A stretch of 64,000 nucleotides of DNA. Source: Rhodospirillales bacterium. Its GTDB lineage: Bacteria; Pseudomonadota; Alphaproteobacteria; Rhodospirillales; GLO-3. This document shows, piece after piece, positions 12,660-23,394 of this stretch. The position numbers and the translations under genes are program-made. Location: assembly GCA_003354135.1 (NCBI GenBank), contig PIVK01000006.1, positions 7,743 to 71,742 of the forward strand, written 5' to 3'. How positions within the stretch are numbered: position 1 is the stretch's first letter; each line of letters begins with the position of its first letter. Under the pieces are notes generated by a model. The model worked only from the letters and a program-made list of their open reading frames with translations. It made no database searches and was not told the DNA's origin.

Positions 12660-12668
12660 GCTCCCCTT

Positions 12669-13439
12669 ATGACACAGGGTGAGCCCGTCTTGAACCGCTC
12701 AGGACTCGCGCTCGGGAGGATTCTCGACCTCCTGCTGCCGCCCCAATGCCTGCTCTGCGACGGCATCGTCGCGGGAGATAGTGTGTTGTGTCCCGATTGC
12801 TGGGGTCAGGTCGTTTTTCTATCGCCGCCCCAGTGTGCGGTCTGCGGCCTGCCCTTCGAGTTCGAGGCCGGGTGCGATGTTGCTTGCGGCGCCTGTACCC
12901 GTCACCCGCCGCCCTACCGCCGGGCACGGGCGGTGATCTCTTACGACGAAATCAGCCGCAAGTTGCTGCTTGGCTTTAAGCACGGCGACCGCACCGACGC
13001 CACACCGTCGTTTGCGCGCTGGCTGCTGCGGGCGGGGGCAGATCTTCTGGACGCTAACGACACGATCGTTCCGGTGCCCCTGCATTGGACCCGGCTGTTT
13101 GCCCGGCGCTACAACCAGGCGGCGCTTCTGGGACGTCAAGTGGCCCGCGTCAGCGGCCTTCCATTCGCGCCTGAAATCCTGGTCCGCACGCGCCGCACGG
13201 CGTCGCAAGGGCATTTGAGGGCACCCCAGCGGCGCGACAACGTCCGCGGGGCCTTTGCCGTGCCGCAGGTCCAACGGGACCGCATCGAAGGGCAGCGTGT
13301 CCTCCTCATCGATGACGTCATCACCACCGGGGCGACGATTTCGGCCTGCACGCGGGCCCTGACCGCGGCAGGTGCGGCCAGTGTCGATGTGCTGGCCCTG
13401 GCACGGGTTGCCCGTCCCGCTCCCGAGTTGCCCCTTTAA
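12669..13439 (+). CDS. comF: ComF family protein (phosphoribosyltransferase domain)
   Basis: N-terminal Cys pairs (CLLC, CPDC, CAVC, CGAC) and PRTase motif VLLIDDVITTGAT. Confidence 0.85.
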   Translation: MTQGEPVLNRSGLALGRILDLLLPPQCLLCDGIVAGDSVLCPDCWGQVVFLSPPQCAVCGLPFEFEAGCDVACGACTRHPPPYRRARAVISYDEISRKLLLGFKHGDRTDATPSFARWLLRAGADLLDANDTIVPVPLHWTRLFARRYNQAALLGRQVARVSGLPFAPEILVRTRRTASQGHLRAPQRRDNVRGAFAVPQVQRDRIEGQRVLLIDDVITTGATISACTRALTAAGAASVDVLALARVARPAPELPL

Positions 13440-13515
13440 ACGGGTGGATCGAAGGCATATCTTGGGATAGAACTTACAAAGGAATTAGGGGGGACAGAAC
13501 AGAGGAACCCGAACC

Positions 13516-13779
13516 GTGGCAGATGCCGAAGTGGAGATCTACACGACCCCGACATGCCCATTCTGTATCCAGGCCAAGCACCTGCTGAATAAGAAAGGTG
13601 TGGTCTTTGCGGAAATCGATGTCTCCGACCCGGGGCTCCGGGCGACAATGAAGGAACGTACCAATGGCCTCCATACGGTGCCGCAGGTTTTCATCAACGG
13701 CGAGCATGTCGGCGGCTGTGACGATCTTTACGATCTCGAATTTGACGGCGAGCTCGACCTCAAGATCCGTCTCGCCTGA
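13516..13779 (+). CDS. grxC: glutaredoxin 3
   Basis: GTG start. 87 aa with active site CPFC and TVPQVFI...GGCDD. Confidence 0.9.
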   Translation: MADAEVEIYTTPTCPFCIQAKHLLNKKGVVFAEIDVSDPGLRATMKERTNGLHTVPQVFINGEHVGGCDDLYDLEFDGELDLKIRLA

Positions 13780-13788
13780 GCCCCTCCC

Positions 13789-14637
13789 ATGACCACCCCT
13801 TTCACGGCCGCCTGCATCCAGATCAACGCCGCGCGCGAGATGGAGCCCAACCTGGTAACGGTGCGCGAAATGGTGTTGCGCGCCCGCGAGGCCGGTGCCG
13901 ATCTGATCCTGACGCCTGAGAACGTGACCATGCTGGAGCCCCGGAACAGTCTCTTGCGGGAAAAGGCCCTGCCCGAGGACGGACATCCGGGGGTGGCGCT
14001 ATTCTCGGACTTGGCGCGAGAAACCGGAGCCTGGATCCTGGCCGGTTCCATCGCCATCAAGCTCGATGCGGCCTCCGAAAAGAGCAAGGTCGCCAACCGA
14101 TCTTACCTCTTCGACTCGCGGGGCAACGTTGCCGCGCATTACGACAAGATCCACATGTTCGACGTCGACCTCGACGACGGCGAAAGCTATCGTGAGTCCA
14201 ACGTCTTCGAACCCGGAACCCAGGCGGTGATCGCCGAGACGCCTTGGGGGCGGCTGGGCCTTACGGTCTGTTATGACCTGCGCTTTGCCTACCTGTACCG
14301 CAAGCTGGCCCAGGCCGGGGCCGAGATGCTGGCCGTACCGTCGGCCTTTACCCATCAGACCGGAGAGGCCCATTGGCACGTGCTGAATCGGGCACGTGCC
14401 ATCGAGACCGGCTGCTTCGTCTTCGCCCCCGGCCAATGCGGCACCCATGCCGAGGACCGCCAGACCTTCGGCCATTCGCTCATCATCGATCCGTGGGGAC
14501 GGGTCCTGGCGGACGTCGGGGACGAGCCCGGCATCGCCATGGCCGAAATCGATATGACGCAGGTGTCGGAGGCGCGGCGCAAGATCCCGGCCATCACCCA
14601 CGACCGGAGCATCGACGGACCCGTTCCGTCCGCCTAG
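13789..14637 (+). CDS. carbon-nitrogen hydrolase family protein (Nit/omega-amidase-like)
   Basis: E-K-C triad context (TPEN, YDKIHMFD, GLTVCYDLRF). Confidence 0.85.
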   Translation: MTTPFTAACIQINAAREMEPNLVTVREMVLRAREAGADLILTPENVTMLEPRNSLLREKALPEDGHPGVALFSDLARETGAWILAGSIAIKLDAASEKSKVANRSYLFDSRGNVAAHYDKIHMFDVDLDDGESYRESNVFEPGTQAVIAETPWGRLGLTVCYDLRFAYLYRKLAQAGAEMLAVPSAFTHQTGEAHWHVLNRARAIETGCFVFAPGQCGTHAEDRQTFGHSLIIDPWGRVLADVGDEPGIAMAEIDMTQVSEARRKIPAITHDRSIDGPVPSA

Positions 14638-14678
14638 CGTCCCTGATCAGATTTACGAACTCACGGAAAGCCTGAAAC

Positions 14679-15983
14679 TCAACGGCCCCTAAGCCGGTTG
14701 AGCCGGATCGATACCGAAAGCCCGTGGCCGTCCAGGCCCTCCGCCTTGGCCAGGGTCACCGCCGCCGGGCCGATGGCGTTCAGGCTGTCGGCATCCGCCT
14801 GGATGACGGAGGTTCTCTTCATGAAGTCGGGCACGCCCAGGGACGACGAAAACCGCGCCGTGCGTGCCGTCGGCAGCACGTGGTTGGGACCCGCCACATA
14901 GTCCCCCAGGGCCTCGGGCGTATATCGGCCGAGGAACATCGCCCCGGCGTTGCGGATCCTCTCCGCCAGGGAACCTGGGTCTTCCGTTGCGATCTCCAGG
15001 TGTTCGGGCGCAATGCGGTCGACGAGCGGAACCGCCTCGTTCAGGCTGTCTACGGCAATCACGCAGCCAAAGGTCTCCCAGCTCTCCCGCGCAATATCGG
15101 CGCGCGGCAGAGTTTCAAGGTAACCGTCCACTGCCGCCGTTACGGCATCGGCAAAGCCGCGGTCATCGGTGATCAGGATGGCCTGGGCTGCCGTATCGTG
15201 CTCGGCCTGGGACAGCAGGTCGGCGGCAATCCAGGAGGGATCGTTGTCCCCGTCCGCCAGCACCAGGATCTCCGACGGCCCGGCGATCATGTCGATGCCG
15301 ACGGTTCCGAACACTTGGCGTTTGGCCGCGGCGACATAGGCATTGCCGGGGCCGACGATGATGTCGACCGGGCGGATGGTCGCGGTCCCGAAGGCCAGCG
15401 CCCCCACGGCCTGGGCCCCGCCGATGCGGTAGACTTCGTCCACGCCCGCCATATGGGCCGCGGCAAGAACCAGCGGATTGAGCCGGCCGTCCGGCGACGG
15501 CACCACCATGACCAGGCGATCAACACCGGCCACCTTGGCCGGCAGTGCATTCATGAGCACCGAGGAAGGATAGGCGGCCGTCCCCCCGGGAACGTAGAGC
15601 CCCGCCGCCGAGACCGCCGTCCAGCGAAAACCCAGGCGCAGACCCTGTGCATCCGTGTAATCGAGGTCGGACGGCACCTGTTTGGCGTGGTAGCTGGAAA
15701 TCCGTTCGGCCGCCACCTTAAGCGCCGCGATGGTCTCGGGCGTGCAGTGTTCGCTCGCCGAGGCCAATTCGCCCGCCGGGATCCGCAGGGTCCCGGGTGT
15801 CAGGTCCAGGCGGTCGAACCGTTTGGTGTACTCGACCACCGCCGTGTCGCCCCGCGCCTTCACGTCGGCCAGGATTTCGGAGACCGTGTCGTTGACGTCG
15901 GCCTCGTTTTCCCGCTTGACCGACAGCAGGGCACGGAAGGCTTCTTCAAAGCCGCTGTCGCGGGTATCAAGACGCTGTGGCAT
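14679..15983 (-). CDS. hisD: histidinol dehydrogenase
   Basis: ATG 15983 ([16 protein letters not shown]...) overlaps the hisG stop by 17 nt. Full-length HisD similarity ([19 protein letters not shown]). Confidence 0.92.
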   Translation of the reverse strand: MPQRLDTRDSGFEEAFRALLSVKRENEADVNDTVSEILADVKARGDTAVVEYTKRFDRLDLTPGTLRIPAGELASASEHCTPETIAALKVAAERISSYHAKQVPSDLDYTDAQGLRLGFRWTAVSAAGLYVPGGTAAYPSSVLMNALPAKVAGVDRLVMVVPSPDGRLNPLVLAAAHMAGVDEVYRIGGAQAVGALAFGTATIRPVDIIVGPGNAYVAAAKRQVFGTVGIDMIAGPSEILVLADGDNDPSWIAADLLSQAEHDTAAQAILITDDRGFADAVTAAVDGYLETLPRADIARESWETFGCVIAVDSLNEAVPLVDRIAPEHLEIATEDPGSLAERIRNAGAMFLGRYTPEALGDYVAGPNHVLPTARTARFSSSLGVPDFMKRTSVIQADADSLNAIGPAAVTLAKAEGLDGHGLSVSIRLNRLRGR

Positions 15984-16635
15984 GGACGGCCTCCCGGAAA
16001 CGTTCGATCCACCGTCCGATTTCCTCGGGACGGGTTTTCCAGGCTGTCCGGTTGATGGCCAGCCTGGACGAAATGTCGGCAATGTGTTCGATCTCCACCA
16101 GGCCGTTGGCCTTCAGAGTCGCCCCACTGGAAACCAGGTCGACGATCCGCCGGCAGAGCCCCAGCTTCGGCGCCAGCTCCATGGCACCGTTGAGCTTGAT
16201 GCATTCGGCCTGAACGCCGCGCCGGGCGAAGTGACGCCTGGTGATGCCGGGATACTTGGTGGCCACGCGGACATGGCTCCAGCGGCTCGGATCGTCGTCG
16301 GCCACCATATCCTCCGGCTCCGCCACCGCCATGCGGCACTTGCCGACGTCGAGGTCGAGCGGCGTGTAGATCTCGTCGTAGTCGAACTCCATCAGCACGT
16401 CGCTGCCGGCGACCCCCAGGTGCGCGGCCCCGAAGGCCACAAAGTTGGCGACATCGAAACTACGCACGCGGATGATGTCCACCTCGGCCAGGTTGGTTGC
16501 GAAGCGGAGCTGGCGGGCCCCCTTGTCCTCGAAGGCTGCTTCGGGTTCGATGCCGGCGGCGCGCACCAAGGGCATGACCTCTTCGAGGATCCGGCCTTTC
16601 GGCAGCGCCAGGATGATCTTTTGGTCGTCGGTCAC
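15967..16635 (-). CDS. hisG: ATP phosphoribosyltransferase, short form
   Basis: GTG 16635 follows AAGAGGGA, giving (M)[18 protein letters not shown]. Track start 16671 is another GTG. The short (HisGS) form lacks the C-terminal regulatory domain. Confidence 0.88.
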   Translation of the reverse strand: MTDDQKIILALPKGRILEEVMPLVRAAGIEPEAAFEDKGARQLRFATNLAEVDIIRVRSFDVANFVAFGAAHLGVAGSDVLMEFDYDEIYTPLDLDVGKCRMAVAEPEDMVADDDPSRWSHVRVATKYPGITRRHFARRGVQAECIKLNGAMELAPKLGLCRRIVDLVSSGATLKANGLVEIEHIADISSRLAINRTAWKTRPEEIGRWIERFREAVHATAS

Positions 16636-16889
16636 GGGGTTTCCCTCTTGGAGCGCGCGGATTAATGCCACGTTTCGATGCGGATCGCCAGCCTACTCTT
16701 GGCAACCGCCCCTCGCGCGTGGGACAACGTTTCCATGGCACGCGAAATTCCGATCCTGCTTCTGGCTACCGCGCTCTTGGCGCGCGTTTATGGAGGAACG
16801 GCCGGTTTTCCGGTCAGCGCCTTCGCTCACAGCGAGATCGCCAGGACAAAGTTATCGACGCTCCCGCACCTTCGCGGTAAGCAAACGAA

Positions 16890-18005
16890 ATGAACTCAGA
16901 CGCAGATTTCGAGATTTTCCTCATTACGGCTCCTGGGCTGGAAACCCTTCTTTGCCGGGAAGCGGCGGAAAAGGGGTTCCGGGAGCCCGCGCCCGTTAAG
17001 GGGGGCGTGACGGTCAGAGGAGGCTGGCCGGAGGTCTGGCGGGCAAATCTCGAGATCCGCGGCGCCAGCCGGGTTCTGGTTCGAATTGGTGCTTTCCGGG
17101 CCCTTCATCTCGCGCAACTCGACAAACGTGCGCGTCGTCTGCCCTGGGCCTTGACGCTTCGGCCGGATATTCCCGTCCATGTCGAGGCGTCCTGCAAAGC
17201 CTCTCGCATCTATCATGCGGGGGCCGTGGTGCAGCGGATTACAAGAGCCATCCAGGAGGAGCTTGGCGCTTCCGTCTCACGGGACGCCGAGGTCCGAATC
17301 AAGGCGCGGATTCACGACGACATGTGCACCGTTAGCGTCGATGCCACCGGCGAAGCCCTCCACAAGCGCTGCCACAAGGAGGCCATCGGCAAGGCACCCA
17401 TGCGGGAGAATCTGGCTTCCCTTTTTCTGCGTCATTGCGAATATGACGGTGGCGAACCGGTTGTCGATCCCATGTGCGGATCCGGCACGTTCATTATCGA
17501 AGCCGCCGAAATTGCCGCTCGCCTCCAACCTGGCCGATCACGGCGTTTCGCGTTCGAGCATCTCGCAAGTTTCGATGCGGAGATGTGGCAGCGTATTCGT
17601 ACAAGCGGAAGTCCCGTAACTCCTGCTGTCCGATTTTTTGGCTACGACCGTGATGCTGGGGCGGCCCGTATGAGCCATGCCAATGCCGAGCGGGCGGGAG
17701 TCGATGCACTGACGGAGTTCCGGCAACAGTCCATCAGCGAACTTGTTCCGCCGGACAGCCCTCATGGCCTCGTCATCGTCAACCCGCCTTATGGCGGCCG
17801 GATCGGGAAAAAGAAAAGTCTTTATCCTCTCTACCATTCCCTCGGACAGACGCTGATCACGCGTTTTCTTGGCTGGCGGGTCGGCCTGGTGACGAATGCC
17901 GGCTCCTTAGCCAAGATGACGGGGCTCCCCTTTGTGAAGGAAAGCGCTCCCGTGTCCCATGGGGGGATCCGCGTCAAGGTGTATTCGACGGGACCGCTGA
18001 AATGA
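16890..18005 (+). CDS. THUMP-domain class I SAM-dependent RNA methyltransferase (RlmL/UPF0020-like)
   Basis: Motif I VVDPMCGSGTFIIEAA and motif IV VNPPYGGR, with an N-terminal THUMP-like region. Confidence 0.8.
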   Translation: MNSDADFEIFLITAPGLETLLCREAAEKGFREPAPVKGGVTVRGGWPEVWRANLEIRGASRVLVRIGAFRALHLAQLDKRARRLPWALTLRPDIPVHVEASCKASRIYHAGAVVQRITRAIQEELGASVSRDAEVRIKARIHDDMCTVSVDATGEALHKRCHKEAIGKAPMRENLASLFLRHCEYDGGEPVVDPMCGSGTFIIEAAEIAARLQPGRSRRFAFEHLASFDAEMWQRIRTSGSPVTPAVRFFGYDRDAGAARMSHANAERAGVDALTEFRQQSISELVPPDSPHGLVIVNPPYGGRIGKKKSLYPLYHSLGQTLITRFLGWRVGLVTNAGSLAKMTGLPFVKESAPVSHGGIRVKVYSTGPLK

Positions 18006-18140
18006 GATTAGGGCGTCCCCTGTTTCCGCAAATCAATCTTGCATCAGTGGGGCGCAAAAAAAACATTTCCGCACAGCCAGGGGCGGTCGGGCGGCGGTTG
18101 ATCCGGATCGGTTTAGCGAATCTCTCTGTGTTCGGTTTCA

Positions 18141-18275
18141 TCAGTGGTAATCTTCCAGGTTCTGGATGACGACCTCGCCGTCGTCGTAGGTGAAGACGAT
18201 CACCCAATTGCCGGTGACGGTCGCTCAGTGGCCCGAGCTTCTCTTCGAGCCAAAGGAAAAGACGCGAGTGATCGT
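18141..18275 (-). pseudogene. relic of a HigB-type (killer protein) toxin, with only the first codons of higA following
   Basis: Minus-strand frame reads ...FGSKRSSGH*ATVTGNWVIVFTYDDGEVVIQNLEDYH*. The C-terminal GNW..F...DG.....DYH matches the HigB/PF05015 tail. There is an internal TGA where W is expected, and the N-terminal half is missing. An ATG overlapping the stop (TGATG) starts MKPNTERFAKPIR and then loses any HTH similarity. Confidence 0.4.
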
Positions 18276-18278
18276 GCT

Positions 18279-19565
18279 TTAATCGCGGAGCCGCTCGATA
18301 TCGGCTCCACAGGCGGCCAGCTTCTCCTCCAGGCGCTCGTAGCCCCGGTCCAGGTGATACACCCGGTTGACCATGGTCTCGCCCTCGGCTGCCAGCCCGG
18401 CCAGGACGAGCGAGACCGAGGCCCGGAGATCGGTGGCCATCACCTGGACGCCCGAGAGGCGCTCCACCCCGCGCACGATCGCCGAGGCCCCGTGGACGTT
18501 GACGTTGGCCCCCATGCGGGCCAGCTCGGGGACGTGCATGAAGCGGTTTTCAAAGATGGTCTCCGTGATCATCGATGCCCCCTCTGCGGTTGCCAGGAGC
18601 GCCATCACCTGGGCCTGCATGTCGGTGGGAAAACCGGGGTAGGGCTCGGTCATGACGTCGACTCCAGAGAGACCGTTGCGGCGCGACACCTTGAGGCCAT
18701 CGTCGGTCTCGGTGATCTCGACGCCGGCCTGACTGAGAATATCGGCCACCGAATCGATCAGCCCCAACGACGCGCCTTTAAGGGTCAGTTCGCCGCCGGT
18801 GATGGCCGCCGCCACGGCATAGCTTCCCGTTTCGATGCGGTCGGGGACGACGGAATAGTCCGCACCCGTCAAGGACGGAACCCCTTGGATCTTCAGGGTA
18901 TCGGTGCCGACGCCCTCGATCTTCGCCCCCATGGTGATTAGGCAGCGGGCCAGGTCCGCCACTTCCGGCTCCCGGGCGGCGTTGAAGAGCACCGTCTCAC
19001 CCTCGGCCAGAACCGCCGCCATCAGCAGGTTCTCCGTCGCGCCCACACTAACCATGGGAAAGACCACGTTCCCGCCCTTGAGGCCGCCCTTGGGCGCCCG
19101 CGCCTCGATATATCCCTCCTGGAGGTCGATCTCGGCCCCCAATTGCGCCAACCCCTTGAGATGGAGGTCGACCGGCCGGGCTCCGATAGCGCATCCGCCG
19201 GGCAGCGAAACCCGCGCACGGCCGAAGCGGGCCACCAGCGGCCCCAGGACCAGGACCGAGGCGCGCATGGTCCGAACCAGGTCGTAGGGCGCCGTTGTTT
19301 CCGTGACCCCTGCAGCGTTCAATTCGAAGACCCGCCCCATGTGGCCGCCGCCGACCGCATCCCCGTTCATGCCCATGCCGACCCCGAGCTCCGCCAGCAG
19401 GTGGGCCATGGTGGAGATATCGGCGAGATGCGGCAGGTTGGAGAGTGTGAGGGTGTCCTCAGTCAACAGGCTGGCCGTCATCAGCGGCAGCGCCGCGTTC
19501 TTGGCACCGCCGATGTGGATGGAGCCAGAGAGCGGCTTGCCGCCCCGTATGCGGATACGATCCAT
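18279..19565 (-). CDS. murA: UDP-N-acetylglucosamine 1-carboxyvinyltransferase
   Basis: 428 aa with full-length MurA similarity (GGAKNAALP, active-site loop [14 protein letters not shown]). Confidence 0.95.
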   Translation of the reverse strand: MDRIRIRGGKPLSGSIHIGGAKNAALPLMTASLLTEDTLTLSNLPHLADISTMAHLLAELGVGMGMNGDAVGGGHMGRVFELNAAGVTETTAPYDLVRTMRASVLVLGPLVARFGRARVSLPGGCAIGARPVDLHLKGLAQLGAEIDLQEGYIEARAPKGGLKGGNVVFPMVSVGATENLLMAAVLAEGETVLFNAAREPEVADLARCLITMGAKIEGVGTDTLKIQGVPSLTGADYSVVPDRIETGSYAVAAAITGGELTLKGASLGLIDSVADILSQAGVEITETDDGLKVSRRNGLSGVDVMTEPYPGFPTDMQAQVMALLATAEGASMITETIFENRFMHVPELARMGANVNVHGASAIVRGVERLSGVQVMATDLRASVSLVLAGLAAEGETMVNRVYHLDRGYERLEEKLAACGADIERLRD

Positions 19566-19667
19566 GAAGGGGTCCGTTGCGTGATGTGGTGTCGTTATCG
19601 GAAGGCGGTTTTACCCCGCGCCCTGTCTCGCCACAAGCGGTGATGTCGCAGATGCAAAAATGGGCTC

Positions 19668-19835
19668 TCAGGCCTTCTCGCGCTTCGGCGATGACGCCGC
19701 CCCCGTGGCCCGGCGGCGGGCCTGCTGCCTGCGCTTCTTCAGATTGGCCCTGAGCGCCTCGGCCAGCCGCGCCTTGCGGGGATCGGCCGGCCGGGCCTCG
19801 GTTTTCGGGTCTTTGCTCTTGTCGCGCTCGGACAC
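19668..19835 (-). CDS. small basic hypothetical protein (55 aa)
   Basis: GTG start 7 nt after GAAAGG. Translation is VSERDKSKDPKTEARPADPRKARLAEALRANLKKRRQQARRRATGAASSPKREKA*. Below the ORF-track size cut-off. Resembles small Lys/Arg-rich proteins seen in Alphaproteobacteria. Confidence 0.4.
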   Translation of the reverse strand: MSERDKSKDPKTEARPADPRKARLAEALRANLKKRRQQARRRATGAASSPKREKA

Positions 19836-19950
19836 GGGGCCGCCTTTCGGATGATGGTTTCCGGGGAATGGTGGGCTGGGCGAGAAGGGCAGTCAAGGGT
19901 TCTTGCCTTGTCAGAGTCGCTGTGGCATGTTGCGCGCCTCTTCCGACAGG

Positions 19951-20025
19951 GCCGCCGTAGCTCAGGGGTAGAGCGCGCCCTTGGTAAGGGCGAGGTCGTA
20001 AGTTCGATTCTTACCGGCGGCACCA
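19951..20025 (+). tRNA. tRNA-Thr (anticodon GGU), CCA encoded
   Basis: Cloverleaf read by hand: acceptor gccgccg/cggcggc, D arm gctc-aggggta-gagc, anticodon arm cgccc-ttGGTaa-gggcg, T arm gtaag-ttcgatt-cttac, then A-CCA. Confidence 0.93.
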
Positions 20026-20214
20026 TTTTCTTAATTTATATCAAAATGTTAGCCTGCCAATAATGAAACGGTTTTTTATTGAAAAAGCGAAGTGTGCCTG
20101 TTTTTGTGTCGCTGCCGTTTTTTCAACTCCCCCCCAAGCCTACGCGACCGGCCGTGACGGGGGGCCCGTGGATATGATAAATAGAATCTTGGCGGCATGA
20201 TCAGGCAGCGGAGT

Positions 20215-20264
20215 ACACCTTTAACTTCGCCGCCAAACTGTCCAACGATGCGGGACCACCTCAG
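20215..20264 (-). repeat. copy A of a 50-63-nt dispersed repeat (inverted relative to copies B and C)
   Basis: The reverse complement ctgaggtggtcccgcatcgttggacagtttggcggcgaagttaaaggtgt aligns with 27448.. and 30549.. Sits in an AT-rich scar about 190 bp downstream of tRNA-Thr. Confidence 0.85.
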
Positions 20265-20395
20265 CAATATCCGTTCTTAAAGTAACGAAGTCATCAACTG
20301 AATTTTGACGCGTCCAGCGTGGCCGGATCGGCCCTAAGGCGCAATCGGAATAATCCGAGTCATTTCGGAACGCGGTTTATTCCGTGAATCTCCCT

Positions 20396-20974
20396 CTAAA
20401 GGGGCTGCGGTTGATCCTCGCGATCGATGGCGCAGATGCGCTGCACGACACCCGGGCATGGCCTTTTATCGACCAGCCCCTGTTCGAAGGCGACCACGTG
20501 AAGGCGCCCGGCGACGCATTCCAGAAGCTCCCCCTCCTCAAGCAGATGGGCCGGGTTGCGGGGCCGGGAATAGAGTTCGTTCCCTCTGGCGAAAGTCTCG
20601 TAGATGAGCACACCGCCAGGTTCCAGGGCCTCCATCAGATGGGGGAACAAAGGGCGGTACAGGTAGTTGGCCACCACGATGCCGGCGAATTGGCGTCGCG
20701 GGAAAAGCCACGGCCCGCCGTCCTCGAGGTCATGCTCTATGATTTCGGCATCATCCAGGCCCCGAATATGCGAGACGTCGCGATCCACCGCAGTGACGGT
20801 ATGGCCGCGTCCGAGCAGGAAACGGCTGTGACGTCCGGCACCGCAGGCAACGTCGAGAACGCTTCCTCCCGTGCGGATCAGCGGCGCGAAGCGGACCACC
20901 CAGGGAGAGGGCTCGGTGATTTTCAGATGGCCCGTCTTGGGCGGCAGTCCGTTTTCGTTCGTAGTGTTAATCAT
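20396..20974 (-). CDS. class I SAM-dependent methyltransferase
   Basis: 192 aa with motif I VLDVACGAGRH and a TehB-like small-MTase layout. Confidence 0.75.
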   Translation of the reverse strand: MINTTNENGLPPKTGHLKITEPSPWVVRFAPLIRTGGSVLDVACGAGRHSRFLLGRGHTVTAVDRDVSHIRGLDDAEIIEHDLEDGGPWLFPRRQFAGIVVANYLYRPLFPHLMEALEPGGVLIYETFARGNELYSRPRNPAHLLEEGELLECVAGRLHVVAFEQGLVDKRPCPGVVQRICAIDREDQPQPL

Positions 20975-21073
20975 TGTAACAAATTGACCTTATGCTTTAG
21001 ACTCTGCCGATGGGTTGAAGTGAAATAGGCACCCCCAATCGGGGACGCCGATAGAACGGCGACTGTTTGTGCC

Positions 21074-21508
21074 ATGATTTTGTACCAGTTGAAATGCTCT
21101 GGCGAGCACGAATTCGAGGCTTGGTTCCGCGACAGCGCCACCTATGAGCAACAGGCGGCGGACAGTGGCATCGCTTGCCCCTTTTGCGGCGACACCAGCG
21201 TGTGCAAGGCCCCCATGGCGCCCAACATCTCTACCGGCGGAACCCCGGCCGTAGAGAACAAGGCAGAGGACCGGGCCCGCCTCGTGGCCGAACAGATCCT
21301 CAAGGCCGTCGACCGGCTGCGCAACCATATGGCTGACGAATGCGACTATGTCGGCGATCGATTTGCCGACGAGGCGCGCCGCATCCACTACGCCGAGACC
21401 GAGGAGCGGGGCATCTATGGCGAAGCCGGCGAGGACGAGGCCTGCGAACTGGAAGAAGAAGGCATCGAGTTCTACCGCCTGCCTGCGGGGGTGCGGAAAA
21501 ACGACTAG
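21074..21508 (+). CDS. DUF1178 family zinc-ribbon protein
   Basis: MILYQLKCSGEHEFEAWFRDSATYEQQ...CPFCGDTSVCKAPMAPNI is the typical DUF1178 N-terminus. Confidence 0.8.
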   Translation: MILYQLKCSGEHEFEAWFRDSATYEQQAADSGIACPFCGDTSVCKAPMAPNISTGGTPAVENKAEDRARLVAEQILKAVDRLRNHMADECDYVGDRFADEARRIHYAETEERGIYGEAGEDEACELEEEGIEFYRLPAGVRKND

Positions 21509-21935
21509 GGTCTCCGTTATCCGCAAGGACAAGCTTCGGACCAAGTCCGACTGTCCCTGATCCGGGCGTTTGCCGGGATTACGGGGTTTCGCATGATGGC
21601 GCGTGTTGTTGGCGGTCTCATGCTCCATCCTCCGGAACATGCAGGCGCGGTAACGATCAAGCTACCCGATGATGGTTGACGAAATCTCCACGCCGCGGCG
21701 AATTGCGATTCACGGCCGTCGATCGAATTGTTTTGGTGGTGAACACCAATTCATCTATTCTGCACTTTAGCAAATACCGAAATGCTGTAGTACTGTTCGT
21801 AACTTAGATTACGACAAACAAACAAACCTGCCATGCAAAAAAATCATGCCTCCTATCTTCGCAGTTGCGGTAATATTTTTGCAGTTCCGCTCGGATTCGA
21901 GGGGGCATGTCGACCCAAAAAGAGGCCCGCACGTC

Positions 21936-22097
21936 ATGCAAAAGCCGACAGATGATCAGGATTTCGAAGATCTGGAAGCCATCTACGCCGTTGAAGACCA
22001 CGCCTTGGCGGCGGTCCACTGCGACATCGGTAGCATTGAGAACCAGATATTCGCCGAGCAGGAAATCGAAAAGCACATCAACGACACCACGCACTAG
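21936..22097 (+). CDS. small acidic hypothetical protein (53 aa), weakly supported
   Basis: ATG 21936 lies 10 nt after AAAAGAGG. Translation is MQKPTDDQDFEDLEAIYAVEDHALAAVHCDIGSIENQIFAEQEIEKHINDTTH*. Lies in an AT-rich 0.5-kb patch. No family recognised. Confidence 0.25.
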   Translation: MQKPTDDQDFEDLEAIYAVEDHALAAVHCDIGSIENQIFAEQEIEKHINDTTH

Positions 22098-22218
22098 TCG
22101 TCAATATCTCTTAAATTGCGGGGTATATTGACTTCAGCTTAATTTGCGCGTCATCGGTTGCGACGCGCCTCGGCAGCCGGGGTCTTGACCCCTCCGTCCC
22201 GTAGCGTCACAAACGGGC

Positions 22219-23058
22219 ATGGCCGTTTTCCTGACCCTCAATACCTTCCTGCACGAGGTGCGCCTGTTCGGGGTGATCCCAGTTTGGCAGACAGCGCCGG
22301 CGATTTCGGCGCGTCTCGACGCCCTGCCCGCTGCCCTGGCCGAAACCGGGGCGGACGTGATCAGCCTGCAGGAAGTCTACCGCCGCCCGCACCGGGACCG
22401 CCTCGTCCAAGCCCTCAAGGAGAGCCATCCCTGGAGTGTCGGGCTGAAGCAGCCGGGGCTGCCGCTGGGAACCGGGTTGTTGATTCTGTCACGCCATCCG
22501 GTTCGGAACGTCAGTTTTCACGAATTTCGCGCCGCCGTCTTCGAGGAGCGCATCGCCGTCCGTAGCGGACTCCTGGCCTGCACCATAGACTTTCCGGATC
22601 TAGGAGAAACGCGGGTGGTCAACACCCACTTGAGCGCCGGTGGTCTCAAGCACCATCCGGAATCTGAGGCGGCGACAACACTGCGCAGGCACCAGATCGG
22701 GGAACTGTTGGATGTCTGCAATCAGGTTGCCCCCGGGCCGGTGGTGATCGCGGGCGACCTCAATTCCGGTCCCCATACTTCGTCGGAAAACTATCACCAA
22801 ATCCTAGAAGCGGATTTCCACGACGGCTTCGACACGGCGGATGGGTCGGGCCGAACCGTGACCTGGGACCCGAAGAACCCCGTCATTGCCGGAGAGCGCA
22901 ATCGCAAGCTGCCGCCACAGCGGATCGACCATGTGCTCTTCAAAGGAGAAGGCCTCGCGGCAACAGCGGCCGAAGTCGTACTGCACGAAGCGCGGACCGC
23001 GGACGGCCTGCCGGTTTCGGATCACTACGGGCTTCTGGCGAGGATCGAAACCGCTTAA
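22219..23058 (+). CDS. endonuclease/exonuclease/phosphatase (EEP) family protein
   Basis: LQEV near the N-terminus, GDLN, and a C-terminal SDHYGL motif typical of EEP/sphingomyelinase-like enzymes. Confidence 0.8.
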   Translation: MAVFLTLNTFLHEVRLFGVIPVWQTAPAISARLDALPAALAETGADVISLQEVYRRPHRDRLVQALKESHPWSVGLKQPGLPLGTGLLILSRHPVRNVSFHEFRAAVFEERIAVRSGLLACTIDFPDLGETRVVNTHLSAGGLKHHPESEAATTLRRHQIGELLDVCNQVAPGPVVIAGDLNSGPHTSSENYHQILEADFHDGFDTADGSGRTVTWDPKNPVIAGERNRKLPPQRIDHVLFKGEGLAATAAEVVLHEARTADGLPVSDHYGLLARIETA

Positions 23059-23394
23059 TCCGTGGCGCGATCGGCTCCGCTCACCGCAGCAGAGATGCAG
23101 GAGAACAGCGCCGCCGAGCGTTCCTTCAAAGCCGGCACCACCACCCGCGCCCGTAGCGCGCCCTCCCCAGTCGGCCACAGGTAGAGCATCACGGTCTTCC
23201 TTATCTTTTGCATGCAACGTGGGATGCTTCCGCTTACAGTGCAAGGGCTTGCGGCGGGCTTCCTCCCCGCGATACACTTCCGGCGCGGGTTGGGGCGGAG
23301 AGCTGCTGGCGACGAACGACAGACCGGACAACTCGCGAGAAGAACGCGGATCACTTGCGGACTGACCGGCCCCTGGTGAGTTGGCGGGAGACCC

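Noticed and set aside
20076-20267. ORFs translating the 50-63-nt repeat (MLRWSRIVGQFGG..., RWSHIVEQFGGSVKVLSNS..., ORF 30434..30742) as a conserved small protein, or the repeat as tmRNA- or tRNA-derived sequence.
   Set aside because: Copy A has an indel that breaks every shared frame, and the flanking ORF parts are unrelated. No tRNA-like T-arm or tmRNA tag-reading frame could be found in the repeat.
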